From: Lama glama
Lineage: Eukaryota
DNA: 63,551 bases
Assembly (NCBI GenBank): GCA_028534125.1
Contig: CM052816.1
Location: forward strand, 59,150,450-59,214,000
Reading direction: 5' to 3'
Position numbers and translations under genes: made by a program. The stretch's first letter is position 1. Every line of letters starts with the position of its first letter. The notes beneath the pieces were generated by a model. The model saw nothing but the letters and a program-made list of their open reading frames with translations. It ran no database searches and was not told the DNA's origin. Shown here piece after piece: positions 10,961-23,328 of this stretch.

Positions 10961-12255
10961 CGTGGTGACTTTTTTTTTTCCCCAACTGCAGTTAAATGAT
11001 GAAGACTACAAAATGCGGAAAAACTGAAACCTAAGAACGATGGGTTTGACATTTAGGCAGGAGGTGGGGGGAAATGTTAAAGGGGCTTCCACCGGAGCAC
11101 TGACAATTAGCCCCATTAGCTTGTGCATAACCCATAAGTGCAAGGAGCACATAAACCAGGAGAGCAAATCACTGTGGTGCCCCTGGGAAAAGCTCTCTAT
11201 GCTGGAGCCATCTCACTAAGTGGACATAAAAAGATCATATGGTGTGTGTTTTTCAGTGACAGTCAACCTCAGTTATTATCCTATAGTCCATTAAAAACAG
11301 CTGCATCGAGCAGGGCCCGGTAGGGATCTGTAGCTGAGTCCGGACTGTCCACACGACTTATCCTATAGACAGGGACTGTGTTTGGGGCGTTTTCAGACAT
11401 GGTGTAAATCCCAGCCAGCCCTGTGTGTTCACAACTATAAAAGAAAGAGGAACAGGTGTGTCTTCCCAACCAACCCTTTATTGCCTGGGCATCATGACAG
11501 CATCTGGCTGCTTGTACCTTAGTAATGAGCCAAAGAAAAGGAAGGGAAAGAAAGGGAATTGAATTCACCAGGCTTTTTCAGGTGCACTGAAGAAGAAAGT
11601 CGAGCCCAGCTTGCTGCTGATAAAGCCCCTTTCTCTCTTTCTCTGAACAGCCCCTCACTGGTATTAGCACGTTAGCCTGTCTTTGGAGTTTTCTTTTGCA
11701 GTTGTTCAAGGTATTTCGTATTTGTGTTTTCCCTCATTAACAGGAACTCAGTGTTTCTACAAACATCAGAATATTGCAAGTCTCTTCCTCAGAAACATTT
11801 AAAAAGTTTTCTCTCCTGTATCTGCTCCTGTCTCCTCCTTCCTCCCCTCTCTTTCCACCTCGTCCCCCTCTGCCTCCCCCTCATACTTTCTCTCTCTGCT
11901 TTGGGCAATTTATTTTTCTAATTCTTTTCCCCATTTCTAGGGTTTACCATTTATATAATCTCGTGCTTATTTGTACTGCCTTTCTACGTCCTTTTTAATG
12001 AGACTAAAGAAATATTTTATTTTCCTTGGAGTTGTCCACATTTCCGTCCTCCATCGTCTTGGCCACGTTTCCACAGTGTCCGTTACAGCAGTGTCGTATG
12101 CTCATGGACAAGCATTTGCTGCTCACTCCTTTCCTACCTTTCTCTTGGGTTGTATGCGCTCTCACGTACCCCAGAACTTTCTATCCATGTCTCTCATTAC
12201 TTCTCAGATCTCTTTATTTTAAAATTTTTACCTGTTGTTAATAGTTTTTAAATAT

Positions 12256-12990
12256 TGTGATATTGTGATTTATTATAAGAACTATATGTTTTGGCTTCCC
12301 CTCTATTTCTGGCACAGAATTCTGAAAACCCTTGGAATTTCTTAAATGAAGCTATTAAGTGATTAAGATATCTTATGAGGTGATTTTTGGAAAGTCCCTT
12401 GGTAACCTAAGGATGAGAGCTGGTCGCCAGGGAAACTAGCCTTCATTAGAGGGTTGGAACTTTCAGCCCCACCTTCTGACCTCTGGGGTGGGGAGAGAGG
12501 CTAGAGAATGGGTTCAGTCACCAATGGTCAGTGATTTAATCAATCATGCCTGTGTAAAGAAACCTCCATAAAACCCCAAAGGGTAAGTTTTCAGAGAGCT
12601 TCCAGGTTGGTGAACTAGACAGAACACATTGACGTGCTGGGCTCCAAACTCCATGGGACGGAAGTTCCTGCCTTCCAGGACTTGACCTGTGTATCTGCAT
12701 CTGGCTGTTGATTGGTACCTTTTAGTGTTCTTTGTAATGAACTGGAAATCTAGTAGATAAACTAGGTAGAAGCACAGGTGACAACCTTGACTTGCAATTG
12801 GCATCTGAAGGAAGGAGGGTGCAGTCTTGTGGGACTGAGCCCTTGACTGTGAAATCTGACACTATCTTTAGGTAGACAGTATCAGAACTGAGTTAAGTTT
12901 GTGGGACACTGGGTCACTATCTACAGAGAATTGAGTTAATTGCTTGGTGGCAGATTGAAAAAAATGCACATTGGAATCAGCATCAGAACT
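12256..12990 (+). mobile_element. Solo ERV LTR, MER21-like
   Basis: Starts tgtgatattgtgatttattataagaa; internal ctggcacagaattctgaaaacccttggaatttc, agagggttggaactttcagcccc, gacttgcaattggcatctgaag, gtcttgtgggactgagccctt. Confidence 0.85.
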
Positions 12991-13139
12991 GGGAATGTTT
13001 TGGTTCCATAATCCATGCAAATGCCTTTGATATTTTCCCATTGTATGCTCTTACTTGATTTTCCTTTCTAGATTACTTATCTTTGTCTTCCACTCTCCCA
13101 TCTTTATTTTCTATATCCTTTCCAAGAAAGCCATATAAT

Positions 13140-13345
13140 ACAGAAGAAAAACAAGTCTGGTTTTCAGCCTTGGCAAAATTTGAACTTGGGCTAATGACAT
13201 AACATCTCAGCCTCAGCTTTCTTGACTGTGAAATGGGAATAATAAAGCCAAGCTCTCAGAGCTATAATGATGACTTAATAGCATAGCCAGGACCTCTAAC
13301 TCAATTCCTGGGATATTACAGGTGTCCACAAATGTTAGGTTCCCT
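13140..13345 (+). mobile_element. MIR SINE
   Basis: gaacttgggctaatgacataacatctcagcctcagctttcttgactgtgaaatgggaataataa...caggtgtccacaaatgttag. Confidence 0.75.
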
Positions 13346-14467
13346 TTTCCATTTCAGGCAAACACTATTCATTTTATAAATTCTTTGTAAGGAAATAACT
13401 ACCCATGAGACTTCTGATACAGACAAGCAGAACTTGAGACCTTATCTCCCATTATTGTTATCTTCTGATTTGGTATTAAAGCATAAAAAAGTCCTTAATG
13501 TGTAATTCAGGTAGGCTTTGGTCATGCCACACTTCCTTTTTGAGGGGCACGCCTCCTCATTGTGCTCCTTGAGGGCTTCGGAGGTATGACAGCCCTTGTT
13601 CTGTACAGGCTCAGGCAAGCTACAGAGGTCGCGCCATCCTTAGTGGGGGTTGTATAATTACACTCCATTCTGAAAGTCCTCACTGTCCCAAGGGAATGGG
13701 AGAGAGCAGGGAGGTTCTCTAAGGTCCAGAACATGGATGTTGTTGGAGAAAGAGTAGAGGAGAGTAGTCCAATTAGATCCTTACCCAGTATAATCAAAGC
13801 ACTCGGCTCTCTCTATTTCAGGTATTTTATTTTATTGCACTGCATCAAATTCACTACTGGATTGACCAACAATTAGCTAATCCATGAGACAATTGGGAGC
13901 CATAATATAAAATAGGGAGAGAGAGAATGTGAGACAGAGAGGGATACACCCTCCCAGAGAAAGAAAAACTTAAACTCACAGAGAACATGGTAGTGAGATT
14001 GTAGCCATTTGGGTGCATCAGCGGTTGAGTTCACAGTGGGGTCAACATGATGGGGACAGCGTAGCTCAAGAGATGTAGAAAAAGTAAAGTATTCCAAATC
14101 ATGAGAACTAACCCAAGACCTGTGATGGTGAAGAAAAGAGAGTCATTTCCAGAGGGTCAAGTCCCACCGAGGTGAAGAAGGCTTTCCCTTCAAAGGGGAG
14201 CGTCGCTTCAAAGCTGCCATCTGAAGGATGCATGTCCTGGGCCACTATGGAGAGTTTGATTTGAACTGAGAAATCGTTACAATAGGTGCTTCTAGCTCCT
14301 TCCTTTTTTTCTGCCTGGCCTTGAGCACATAAGCTGTTGTTCTCAGATTCTCTTTCAGAAAGTAGAGACGGCAGCAAAAGCCAAAAGGTGGTGTTCTGTA
14401 GATGAAGTTCTTCCTTAAAGAGTCTTTTTAGAATATGATTGTTGGTGATCAGAGAGAGGCATTAGAG

Positions 14468-14590
14468 TCATAGTTCTCCAAGTGTGAACTCCTGACCTAC
14501 TGGAATCAGAAATTCCCAGGTAGAACTCTGCAGTTCATTTTGACAAGCCTTCCAGGTGAGTTTGATGTCTGTTTAAATTTGAGAACTGCC
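14468..14590. mobile_element. MER5-family hAT-Charlie MITE (internally deleted)
   Basis: Ends tagttctccaagtgtg and aaatttgagaactg; internal gacctactggaatcagaaatt and ttttgacaagccttccaggtga. Confidence 0.75.
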
Positions 14591-14599
14591 CATTTGAGC

Positions 14600-14745
14600 A
14601 CAGTGTTGAAAAAATGCAGGCTTGGTTACTTGGGTTCTAATCCCAGTTCTGCGGTTTACTGTGTGACATCAGAGGGCTGTTACATTCATGAGACAGTGCC
14701 TATCCGTAGGGTGTTTAACAGAATCAGCATCATAGCTGGCATTCA
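14600..14745 (+). mobile_element. MIR fragment
   Basis: cttgggttctaatcccagttctgcggtttactgtgtgac...acagtgcctatccgtagggtgttta. Confidence 0.65.
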
Positions 14746-16476
14746 CTAGCTGCTCTCTGTGGACTTGGGGATGAGCTTGCTTGTTGGAGGCCTTGCTGAG
14801 GGCATTTGTTTTTGCTTATCAAGCCTCTCCCCACCTTGTTCAATGTCCTGAGTTCTGGACGACATGGTTTTCCTTGTGTCCCACTAATGTCTAAAAAACA
14901 TGGAAAATGTTGCTTTGTGGGTACCCTGCTGGTGAGTGGAATGGCCCCACCAAAAACAGCAAAAACATAACGCGGACTGAGGCCAGAGCTACATGTTGTT
15001 TTTTGGAAGCTGGGTGGAGGGACCAGGAGTTACCCAGTTTTTTTCCCCCTTTGGCGACAGTGTTCTTCCTGAACCCTGAAGAGTAATGAGGAGAGAAAAA
15101 TGAACATTTTTGTGGTTCAGCTGACATTCAAGTGGGAAAAAGCACATCATTGGAATTAGAATGTCCTGTTCATTAGTCACTTTTTCTTCTAAAATTAAAA
15201 TCTCTCTGCAAGCAGGAAAAAGAACAAGCCCTTGATGACCTCATAACTCATTATTTCTAAGGAATATACTTAATTCCCAGCAGAGATAAATCTGAAATCG
15301 ATCTTCCATTTCTGCCGGCCATTGACTGGTGGCCTCGTGGGTCCCTGTGAAGGAGAATATGTACTTTTCATGGAGTTGACGGGGGCTGACGGGGAGAAAG
15401 GAGTGCTGTTGTTGGTAACCTTGAGGGCAGCTGCTAAAGATCCATTTTCCTTCGCAAGCCATCCTGAGCCTCTCAGAAACCAAAGAAGAGGGACTCACTT
15501 GGGACGGCTTTTGCATCTGAAGACCTATCCCACTGCGCACACTTTTGCAACTGAGATAACCTTCCCAGGCCATTAGAAAAAAATGGGCCAGGCACCACTT
15601 GCTGATGAGGAGCAAGAGAGAAGGGCATTGGAGCCCTCACTGACAGGAGGATGGTTGTTAGAAAGTTGGTCCGCTCTGATACCTTCTATAACATCCTTTG
15701 CCTCCCGCCCTCCAGACCTCGGAGCCTGTGGTTAATCAGAGGTATAGCTGAACTCTGACCTCTCAGCCCTCTCCTCCTGATGCCAGGATTATACCTGTTT
15801 CTCAAGCAAGTGGGATGACTCAGTGTTCCTTTCTGTGCTTAGACCAGAAAAAAAATTCCCTGGACAAGTATCTCGTGCTTTGACAAGCTGGGTGAACATT
15901 GGATCTCCGCCTGAGTGGCACTATCATCCGTACCCTCCCCGCCAACCCAAAGTCAACAGACTAAGAATATAGATCATCACAGAATTCAGCAGTGACAAAT
16001 TCCGCCCCAAGCTTGGTGAAACGTCTGCTGATTTTCAAACACCGTCTTCATGTGGAATTTACAGTTACCAGCTGTGCAAACACAAGCTGATAGGAACGGA
16101 AGTCACGAATGAGCCACACCTCAGGAAAATGTATGCTAAATTTAACGTTTTGTAACTTACTTCCACATAAATGTGCTCACATTTATTTTTACAGCATTAA
16201 TTAAATGGAAATCATGCTCCAGGCCAAAAAAAAAAACAAAAAACCCAGAAAACAAATCATTGTGGGGTTGACTACGTGATGCAAAGCAGCTGCATGATGA
16301 GCAGATCTTTATATTAACAACCTAAATAAACTGCATTCAAATGGCAGATTGACATATATCATTAAATCTGAGCTGCTCTTTAGCAGCACTCCCTCACCCT
16401 AGAACAATAGCATCATTCCTGGGGACCTGGCTGGAGGGCTTTTCTGTCACAGGCCCCTTAGTCAGCCTCATGCCCC

Positions 16477-16968
16477 TGTAGTAGGGATAATGACCCCCAA
16501 AGACATTAGGTCCTAATCCCCAGAAACTGTGAATATTAAGGTATATGGCAAAGTCATTGCAGGTGTGATTAAGTTAAGGTTCTTGAGTTTAGATGCTCAA
16601 AGTGGGCTCTAAATGTAATCACATGTATCCTTACAAGGGTGGGGCAGAGTCAGATTTGCCAGACAAAGAAGAGAAAATGATCTGTAGTGAGAGTGGAGAG
16701 AGATTTGAAGTTGCTAGCCTTGAAGATTGGAGTGATGTGGCCCTAAGCCCTGGGATGGGGCAGCAACCAGAGCCAGAAGAGGCAAGGAATGGGTGTTCCC
16801 CGAGAGCTTCTCTCTGGAAGGAGTGTAGTCCTACCAACACCTTGATTTCAGCCAAGTGATAGTGAGCTTGGACCTCTGGCCTCCAGAATGGTAAGAGAAT
16901 AAATGTATGTTGTTTTAAGCTATTTGATTGGCAATAATTTGTTACAGTAGCAACAGGAGATGAATACA
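16477..16968 (+). mobile_element. MaLR solo LTR, MLT1D-like
   Basis: TG...CA termini; aatgacccccaaagacattaggtcctaatcccc, gcaggtgtgattaagttaagg, ctggcctccagaatggtaagagaataaatg...tttgttacagtagcaacaggagatgaataca. Confidence 0.9.
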
Positions 16969-17279
16969 GTACCTACAGTCTCTTTCTGAGGGTGAATGTG
17001 ACTGGAGGACTGGGGTGCCAACAACTGAGGTGTCTCTGAGCCTCACCACATCCAATCCCTGAATCTCCCATGAGACATCTGGGGTCCTGATGCAGATAAG
17101 CTCTCTCCCACTTGCTCTCTTCTTCTCATGCCCAGAGGAACCGTGAGTGCATAGGAAGTCCAGAGTTTGGACCCTCACTCACTCTGGATCCTCTTACAAA
17201 TCACCATATTCAGGACACAGATGTAAGTAGAGTAGAATATAACCCATTCCCCACCCTCCCCCCAAATCCATACAATGTG

Positions 17280-17420
17280 TTTCTTTCATTTATTCATTCA
17301 GTCATTTAGCAATTACTTTTTTTCCCTTTTTTAAATTAAAGTATAGTCAGTTACAGCGTGTCAGTCTCTGGAGCTTACTCTGTGCCATGAACTGTGCACT
17401 TCCAGAAACTCAGCAATAAT
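17280..17420 (-). mobile_element. L2 3' end, interrupted by a short L1 tail
   Basis: ttcatttattcattcagtcatttagc...gagcttactctgtgccatgaactgtgc is the antisense L2 terminus. Confidence 0.6.
17317..17372 (-). mobile_element. Extremely 5'-truncated lineage-specific L1 3' tail (about 55 bp)
   Basis: Poly-T then aaattaaagtatagtcagttacagcgtgtcagtctctgg; homologous to the tails at 54316 and 57590. Confidence 0.7.
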
Positions 17421-18044
17421 TTACCTTCCAGCTCTTAGCGGCTAAGTCAGAGCTCAGCTGAATCTCATTTAGTGGGAAGTTTACACAGAAAGGAAAAGTG
17501 ATTCTTCTGCTTAAAGAGAGGCCCTTCCCAAAAACTAATCTCAGTTATAAATTGTTTCTGGGCATACTGGATGAAGACTGATTTATTTCTTCTCCCTTCC
17601 AGTACAAAAGCTAAGCCATTTCTGGGCATACAAGCCTTGGATATTACCTATGATGACAATATTTAGCCTCATCAAGTTTGCTCTTATTAAATGATTTCAG
17701 ATGATGCCACTATCTGTATTTGTACTTCCAAAATATCCATTGCAATTTAGAATAGGGACCTGCAGATCAATGTCACATTATTTTGCGTTGTGTGATGGCT
17801 AACAGTGTCAAGCCTAGAAGCATGCATATGATGAAATTAATCATAACAGAGGAATATGGTAAATTTCATCGGACTGATTCTACCGAGCTTATCTATTAAA
17901 GTATAATTTAGATAGATTCTGAATGTTAAAATCAATTGAGTCACGTTTGCAGTATGTGCTGATCTTTATACCTCAGTGGATCTGTGTACTTGCTTGAGAA
18001 GTCTGAGTGTCTCTGGATCTTGACAGTTTTTCACAGGATGTCTT

Positions 18045-18257
18045 AGTGCCAGAAAGAGTGGTTAAGAAGCCAAATGGTGGAGGCAGAATATGAGAGTTTA
18101 ATTCTCATCTCTAATCGCTTACAAGTACATACAACTTGGATGTGACCTCTCTGGGATTCAGTATCCTCACGTGAAAAAATAAGAATTACAATAGTTCTTA
18201 TATCACAGGGTCTTTGCAAGGACTTTCTGAGAGATGCATGTAAAGTATATAGCATAA
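18045..18257 (+). mobile_element. MIR SINE, 5' part (continues at 23324-23385)
   Basis: agtggttaagaagc...cttggatgtgacctctctgggattcagtatcctcacgtgaaaaaataagaattacaatag...gagatgcatgtaaagtatatagca. Confidence 0.8.
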
Positions 18258-18656
18258 TGTCTCCCACTGAGATCAAGAACACAGCAAAAATGTCCTCTCA
18301 CATCACTGTTTTTCAGCGTTATACTGGAAATCCTGGTTAATATAATAAGATAAGAAAAGGAATGCAGATTGAGAAAGGGAGATATATAATTGTTTTTGCA
18401 TGTGATGTGATTGTCTACGGAGAAAGCTCAAGAGAATTAATGAAAAAAACCCTTCCTGGAACTAATAAGTAATTTTAGTAAGGTTGCAGGCTAAAATTTT
18501 AATATACAAAGTCAATCACTTTCCTAGACACCAGCAATGAACAAGTGAATTTAAAATTAAAAACACAACTCCTTTAATATCACCTCTCAAGTGTATTCAT
18601 TAGGTATAAATCTAACAAAATATATGAAAGATCTATATGAGAAAAACTAAAACTTT
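18258..18656 (+). mobile_element. Old LINE-1 ORF2 fragment, left part
   Basis: agatcaagaacacagcaaaaatgtcctctcacatcactgtttttcagcgttatactggaaatcc...ggaactaataagtaattttagtaaggttgcagg: decayed sense-strand RT domain. Confidence 0.85.
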
Positions 18657-19108
18657 TTTTAATTTTATTTTTTAATGATGTATAGTTAATTTACAATGTT
18701 ATAGGTATACAGCAAAGTGATTCAGTGGTGTGTATATGTATATTCTTCTTCAGATTCTTTTCCATTATAGATTCTTATATGATACTGAATATAGTTCCCT
18801 GTGCTACACAGTAGGACCTTGTTGTTTATCTGTTTTATATATAGTAATGTGTATCAGTTAATCCCAAATTCCAAATTCATCCTTCCTCACCCATTTCCCC
18901 TTTGGCAACCAGAAGTTTGCTTTCTCTGTCTATGAGTCTGTTTCTGTTTTGTAAATAAGCTCATTTGTATCATTTTTTTTTAGATTCCACATGTAGGTGA
19001 TATTGTATGATATTTCTCTTTGTCTGACTTCACTTAGTATGATAATCTCTAGGTTCATGTTGCTGCAAATGGCATTATTTCTTCCTTTTTATGGCTGAGT
19101 AGTATTTC

Positions 19109-19112
<4 letters not shown>

Positions 19113-19152
<40 letters not shown>
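19113..19152. repeat. (AC)20 microsatellite inside the L1 3' UTR
   Basis: Seen directly. Confidence 0.97.
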
Positions 19153-19154
<2 letters not shown>

Positions 19155-19185
19155 ATATCTTATCAGTTCATCTACCTATGGACAT

Positions 19186-22100
19186 TTAGGTTGCTTCCAT
19201 GTCTTGGCTATTATAAAAAGTGCTGCTATGAACATTAGGATGCATGTGTCTTCTTGAGTTATGAGTTTTCTCCGAATATATACCCAGGAGTGAGATTGCT
19301 GGATCATATGGTAACTCGATTTTTAGTTTTTTAAGAAACCTCCATATTGTCCTCCACAGTGGCTGCACCAATTCACTCCCACCAACAGTGTAGGAGGGGT
19401 CCCTTTTCTCCACACCCCTCCAGCATTTATTATTTGTAGACTTCTCAATGATGGCTATTCTATATGAAGTGGGAAGTGATAACTCATTGTGGTTTTGATT
19501 TGCATTTCTCTAGAAATTAGCAATATTGAGCATCTTTTCCTGTGCCTGTTGGCCACATGTATGTCTTCCTTGGAGGAATGACTGTTAAGGTCTTCTGCCG
19601 ATTTTTTGATTGGTTTGTTAGGTTTTCAGATGTTGAGCTGTATGAGCTGTCTGTACATTTTGGCAATTAAGCTCTTGTTGGTCGCATGGTTTGCAAATAT
19701 TTTCTCTCATTCCGTAGGTTGTTTTTTCATTTTGTTTATGATTTCCTTTGCTGTGCAAAGCTTTTCAGTTTAATTAGGTCCAATTTGTTTATTTTTGCTT
19801 TTATTTCCATTACTCTAGGAGACGGTTCCAAAAAAATATTGAGGCAATTTATGTCAAAGAGTGTCCTGCCTATGTTTTCCTCTAGGAATTTTATGGCATG
19901 TGGTCTTACATTTAGGTCTTTAATCCATTTTGAGTTACTTTTGTATTTGGTGTTAGAGAATGTTCTAATTTCATTCTTTTACATATAGCAGTCCAGTTTT
20001 CCAGCATCAGTTATTGAAGAGACTATCTTTTCTCCACTGTATGGTCTTGCTTCCTTTGTCGTGGATTAATTAACCATAAGTACATGGTTTTATTTGCGGG
20101 CTTTCTGTCCTATTCCATTGATCTACATGTCTGTTTTTGTGCCAGTACTATACTGTTTTCATTACTATTGCTTTGTAGTGTAGTCTGAAATCAGGGAGCA
20201 TGATTCCCTCAGCTTCATTCTTCTCCCACCAGATTTTTTTGGCTATTCAGGGTCTTTTGTGTGTCCATACAAATTTAACAAAATTTTGTTCCACTTCTGT
20301 GAAAAATGCCATTTGCAATTTGATAGGGATGACATTGAATCTGTTGATTGCCTTGTAGTATGGTCATTTTAACAATTTTGATCCTTCCAATCCAAGAACA
20401 CAGTAAATCTTTCTATCTGTTTGTGTCATCTTCAGTTTCTTTCATCAGCATCTTAGAGTTTTCAGAGTACAGATCTTTTGTCTCCTTAGGTAGGTTTATT
20501 CTTAGTATTTTTTTTCATGTGATGGCAAATGGGATTGTTTCCTTAATTTCTCTTTTTAATATTCCAATGTTAGTGTACAGAAATGCAGCAGGTTTCTGTG
20601 TATTAATTTTTTATCCTGCAACTTTAGTGAATGTTTTGATGAGCCCTTGTAGTTTTCTGGTGGCATCTTTAGGATTTTCTGTGTGTATTATCATGTTTTC
20701 TGCAAACAGTGACAGTTTTACATTTTTCGTTCCAATCTGTATTCCTTTTATTTCCTTTTCTTCTCTGATTGCTGTGACTAGGACTTTTGAAACTATGTTG
20801 AAAAAAGTGGTGAGAGTGGACATCCTTGTCTTGTTCCTGATCTTAGAGGAAATGCTTTCAGTTGTTCACCACTGAGTTTGATGTTAGTTGTGGATTTGTC
20901 ATATATGATCTTTATTATGATGAGGTATGTTCCCTCTCTGCCCACTTTCTGGAGAGTTTTACCATAAGTGGATATTGAATTTTATCAAAAGCTTTTTCTA
21001 TGTCTATTGAGATGATAATAAGGTTTTTATTCTTCAGTTTGTTAATGTGGAGTATCACATTGATTGATCTGTGAATATTGAAAAATCCTTGCATCCTTGG
21101 GATAAATCCCACTTGATCATGGTGTATAATCCTTTTAATGTATTGTTGAAGTGAGTTTGCTAATATTTTGTTGAGGATTTTTACGTCTATGTTCACCAGT
21201 GATATTGGCCTGTAATTTTCTTTTTTTGTGTGGTATCTTTGTCTGGTTTTGGTATCAGTGTGATGGTGGCCTCATAGAATGAATTTGGAAATGTTCCTTC
21301 CTCTGTAATTTTTGAAATAGTTTCAGAAGGATAGATCTTAACTCTTCTCTAAATGTTTGGTAGAATTTGCCTGTGAAGCCATCTGAAGCCAAATTTTGTT
21401 TACTGGGAGTTTTTAAATTACTGATCCAATTCCGGTACTGGTAATTAGTCTGTTCATATTTTCTACTGCTTTCTAGTTAGTCTTGGGAGATTATACCTTT
21501 CTAAGAATTTATCCATTTCTTCTAGGTTGTCCATTTTATTGGCAAATAGTTGCTTGTAGTAGTCTCTTATGATCCTTTATATTTCTTTGGTGTTGGTTGT
21601 AATTTCTCCTTCATTTCTGATTTTATTGAGTTAGGCCCTCTCTCTTTTTTTCTTGATGAGTCTGGCTAAAAGTTTATCAATTTTGTTTGTGTATTCAAAG
21701 AACCAGCTTTTAGTTTCATTGATTTATTCTATTATTTTTTGGTCTCTATTTCATTCATTTCTGCTCTAATCTTTATAATTTCTTTCTTTCTACTAACTCT
21801 GGGTTTTGTTTGTTCTGTTTTCTCTAGTTGCCGTAGGTATAGGGTTAGATTGTTTATTTCAGATTTTTCTTGTTTCCCGAGATAAGCTTATATTGCTGTA
21901 AACTTCCCTATTAGAACTGCTTTTGCCACATCCCATAGGTTTTGGATCATCATGTTTTTATTTTCACTTGTCTCTAAGTATTTTTGATTTCCTCTTCGAT
22001 TTCTTCTGTGATCCATTGGTTATTTAGCAGCAAATTGTTTAGCCTCCCTCGTTTGTGTTTTTTTGTTTTTTTTTTCCTTGTAGTTGATTTGTAGTCTCAG

Positions 22101-22500
22101 TATTGTTGTCAGAAAAGATGCTTAGTATGATTTCAATTTTTTTAAATTTACTGAGGCTTGTTTTGTGGTCTAGCACTTGATCTATCCTGGAGAATGTTTC
22201 ATGTGCCCTTGAAAAGAATGTGTATTCTGCTGCTTTCTGGTGGAATGCTCTGTAAATATCAATTAAGTCCATATTGTCTAATGTGTTATTTAAGGCTTGT
22301 ATTTCCTTATTGATTTTCTTTCTGGATGATCTGTCCATTGATGTAAGAGGGGTGTTGAAGTCCCCTATTATTGCTGTGTTACTGTCAATTTCTCCTTTTA
22401 TTCTGTTAATATATGCCTTATATATTTGTGTGCTCCTATGTCGGGTACATACATATTTACAATTGCTATATCTTCTGCTTGAATTGATCCCTTGATTTTT
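19186..22500 (-). pseudogene. Disrupted LINE-1 ORF2 (endonuclease / reverse transcriptase)
   Basis: ORF-track pieces: IIGDFNTPLTSMDRSS...TFSRID (EN), [13 protein letters not shown]...HHDQVGFIP...[12 protein letters not shown] (RT), KLSLFAENMII (catalytic FADD changed to FAEN), [26 protein letters not shown] (C-terminus). Multiple stops and frameshifts. Confidence 0.95.
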
Positions 22501-22512
22501 ATGTGATGTCCA

Positions 22513-23328
22513 AGAAAAACTATAAAACTTTGATGGAAGAGATATAAGAAGAGCTAAATAAATGGAGGGATATGCCATATTCATTGATAAGAAAACTCAA
22601 TATTGTCAAGATGTCAATTCTCCCCAACTTGATCTATAGATCCAATGCATTGCCAATAAGAATTCCTAGAAATTTATTTTGTGGATATTGGCAAACTTCT
22701 TCTAAAGTTTATATAGATAGGCAAAAGATGCAGAATAGCCAGCACAATACTGAAGGAGAAGAGCAAAGTTGTAAGACTGACACTACCTAATTTTAAGACT
22801 TATAATAAAGTTACAGTAATCAAGACAGTGTGGTAGTAGTGAAAGAACAGACAGAGAGATTAATGGAATAGAACGGAGAATCAAGAAATAGACCCACATA
22901 AATATAGTTAACTGATCTTTGAAAATGAGCAAAGGCAATACAATAAGGCAAAGATAGTTTTCTTAGCAGATGGTGCTGAAATAACTGGGCATCCATGTGC
23001 AAAAAAAAAAAAGAATATAGAAACATATCTTACATGCTTCACAAAAATGAACACAAAATGAATCATAGACCTAAATGTCAAACACAAAACTATAAGACTC
23101 CTACAAGATAACATGGGAGGAAATCTAGATGCTCTTACGTATAACAGTGACTTCTTAGGTATAACACCAAAGGCATAATCTGTGAAAGAAAGAATTGATA
23201 GGCTGGACTTTAGTAAGTTAAAAAAACTTTTTTCTTTGAGAAAAGTACTGCCTATAGAATGAGAAGACAAGCACAGACTGGAAGAAACTGTTTGCAAAAT
23301 ACATAACTTTTATTCAAAATATATAAAG
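22513..23328 (+). mobile_element. Old LINE-1 ORF2 fragment, right part; ends without 3' UTR or poly(A)
   Basis: ORF 22572..22790 RKLNIVKMSILPNLIYRSNALPIRIP is L1 ORF2; the sequence resumes where 18258-18656 was interrupted. Confidence 0.9.

Larger units (their letters stand above)
18654..22512 (-). mobile_element. Younger 5'-truncated LINE-1 (about 3.9 kb, cetartiodactyl-type 3' UTR)
   Basis: Poly(A)/3' UTR at about 18654-19190, then colinear ORF2 remnants into the endonuclease domain. Imperfect TSD agaaaaact(at)aaaacttt at 18640-18656 and 22513-22531. Confidence 0.96.

Noticed and set aside
20348..20875. 175-aa hydrophobic plus-strand ORF as a membrane protein
   Set aside because: It is the antisense frame of A-rich L1 ORF2, a common artefact.
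18654..22512. Active LINE-1
   Set aside because: No 5' UTR or ORF1, truncated in the endonuclease domain, many frameshifts, and the RT catalytic FADD reads FAEN.
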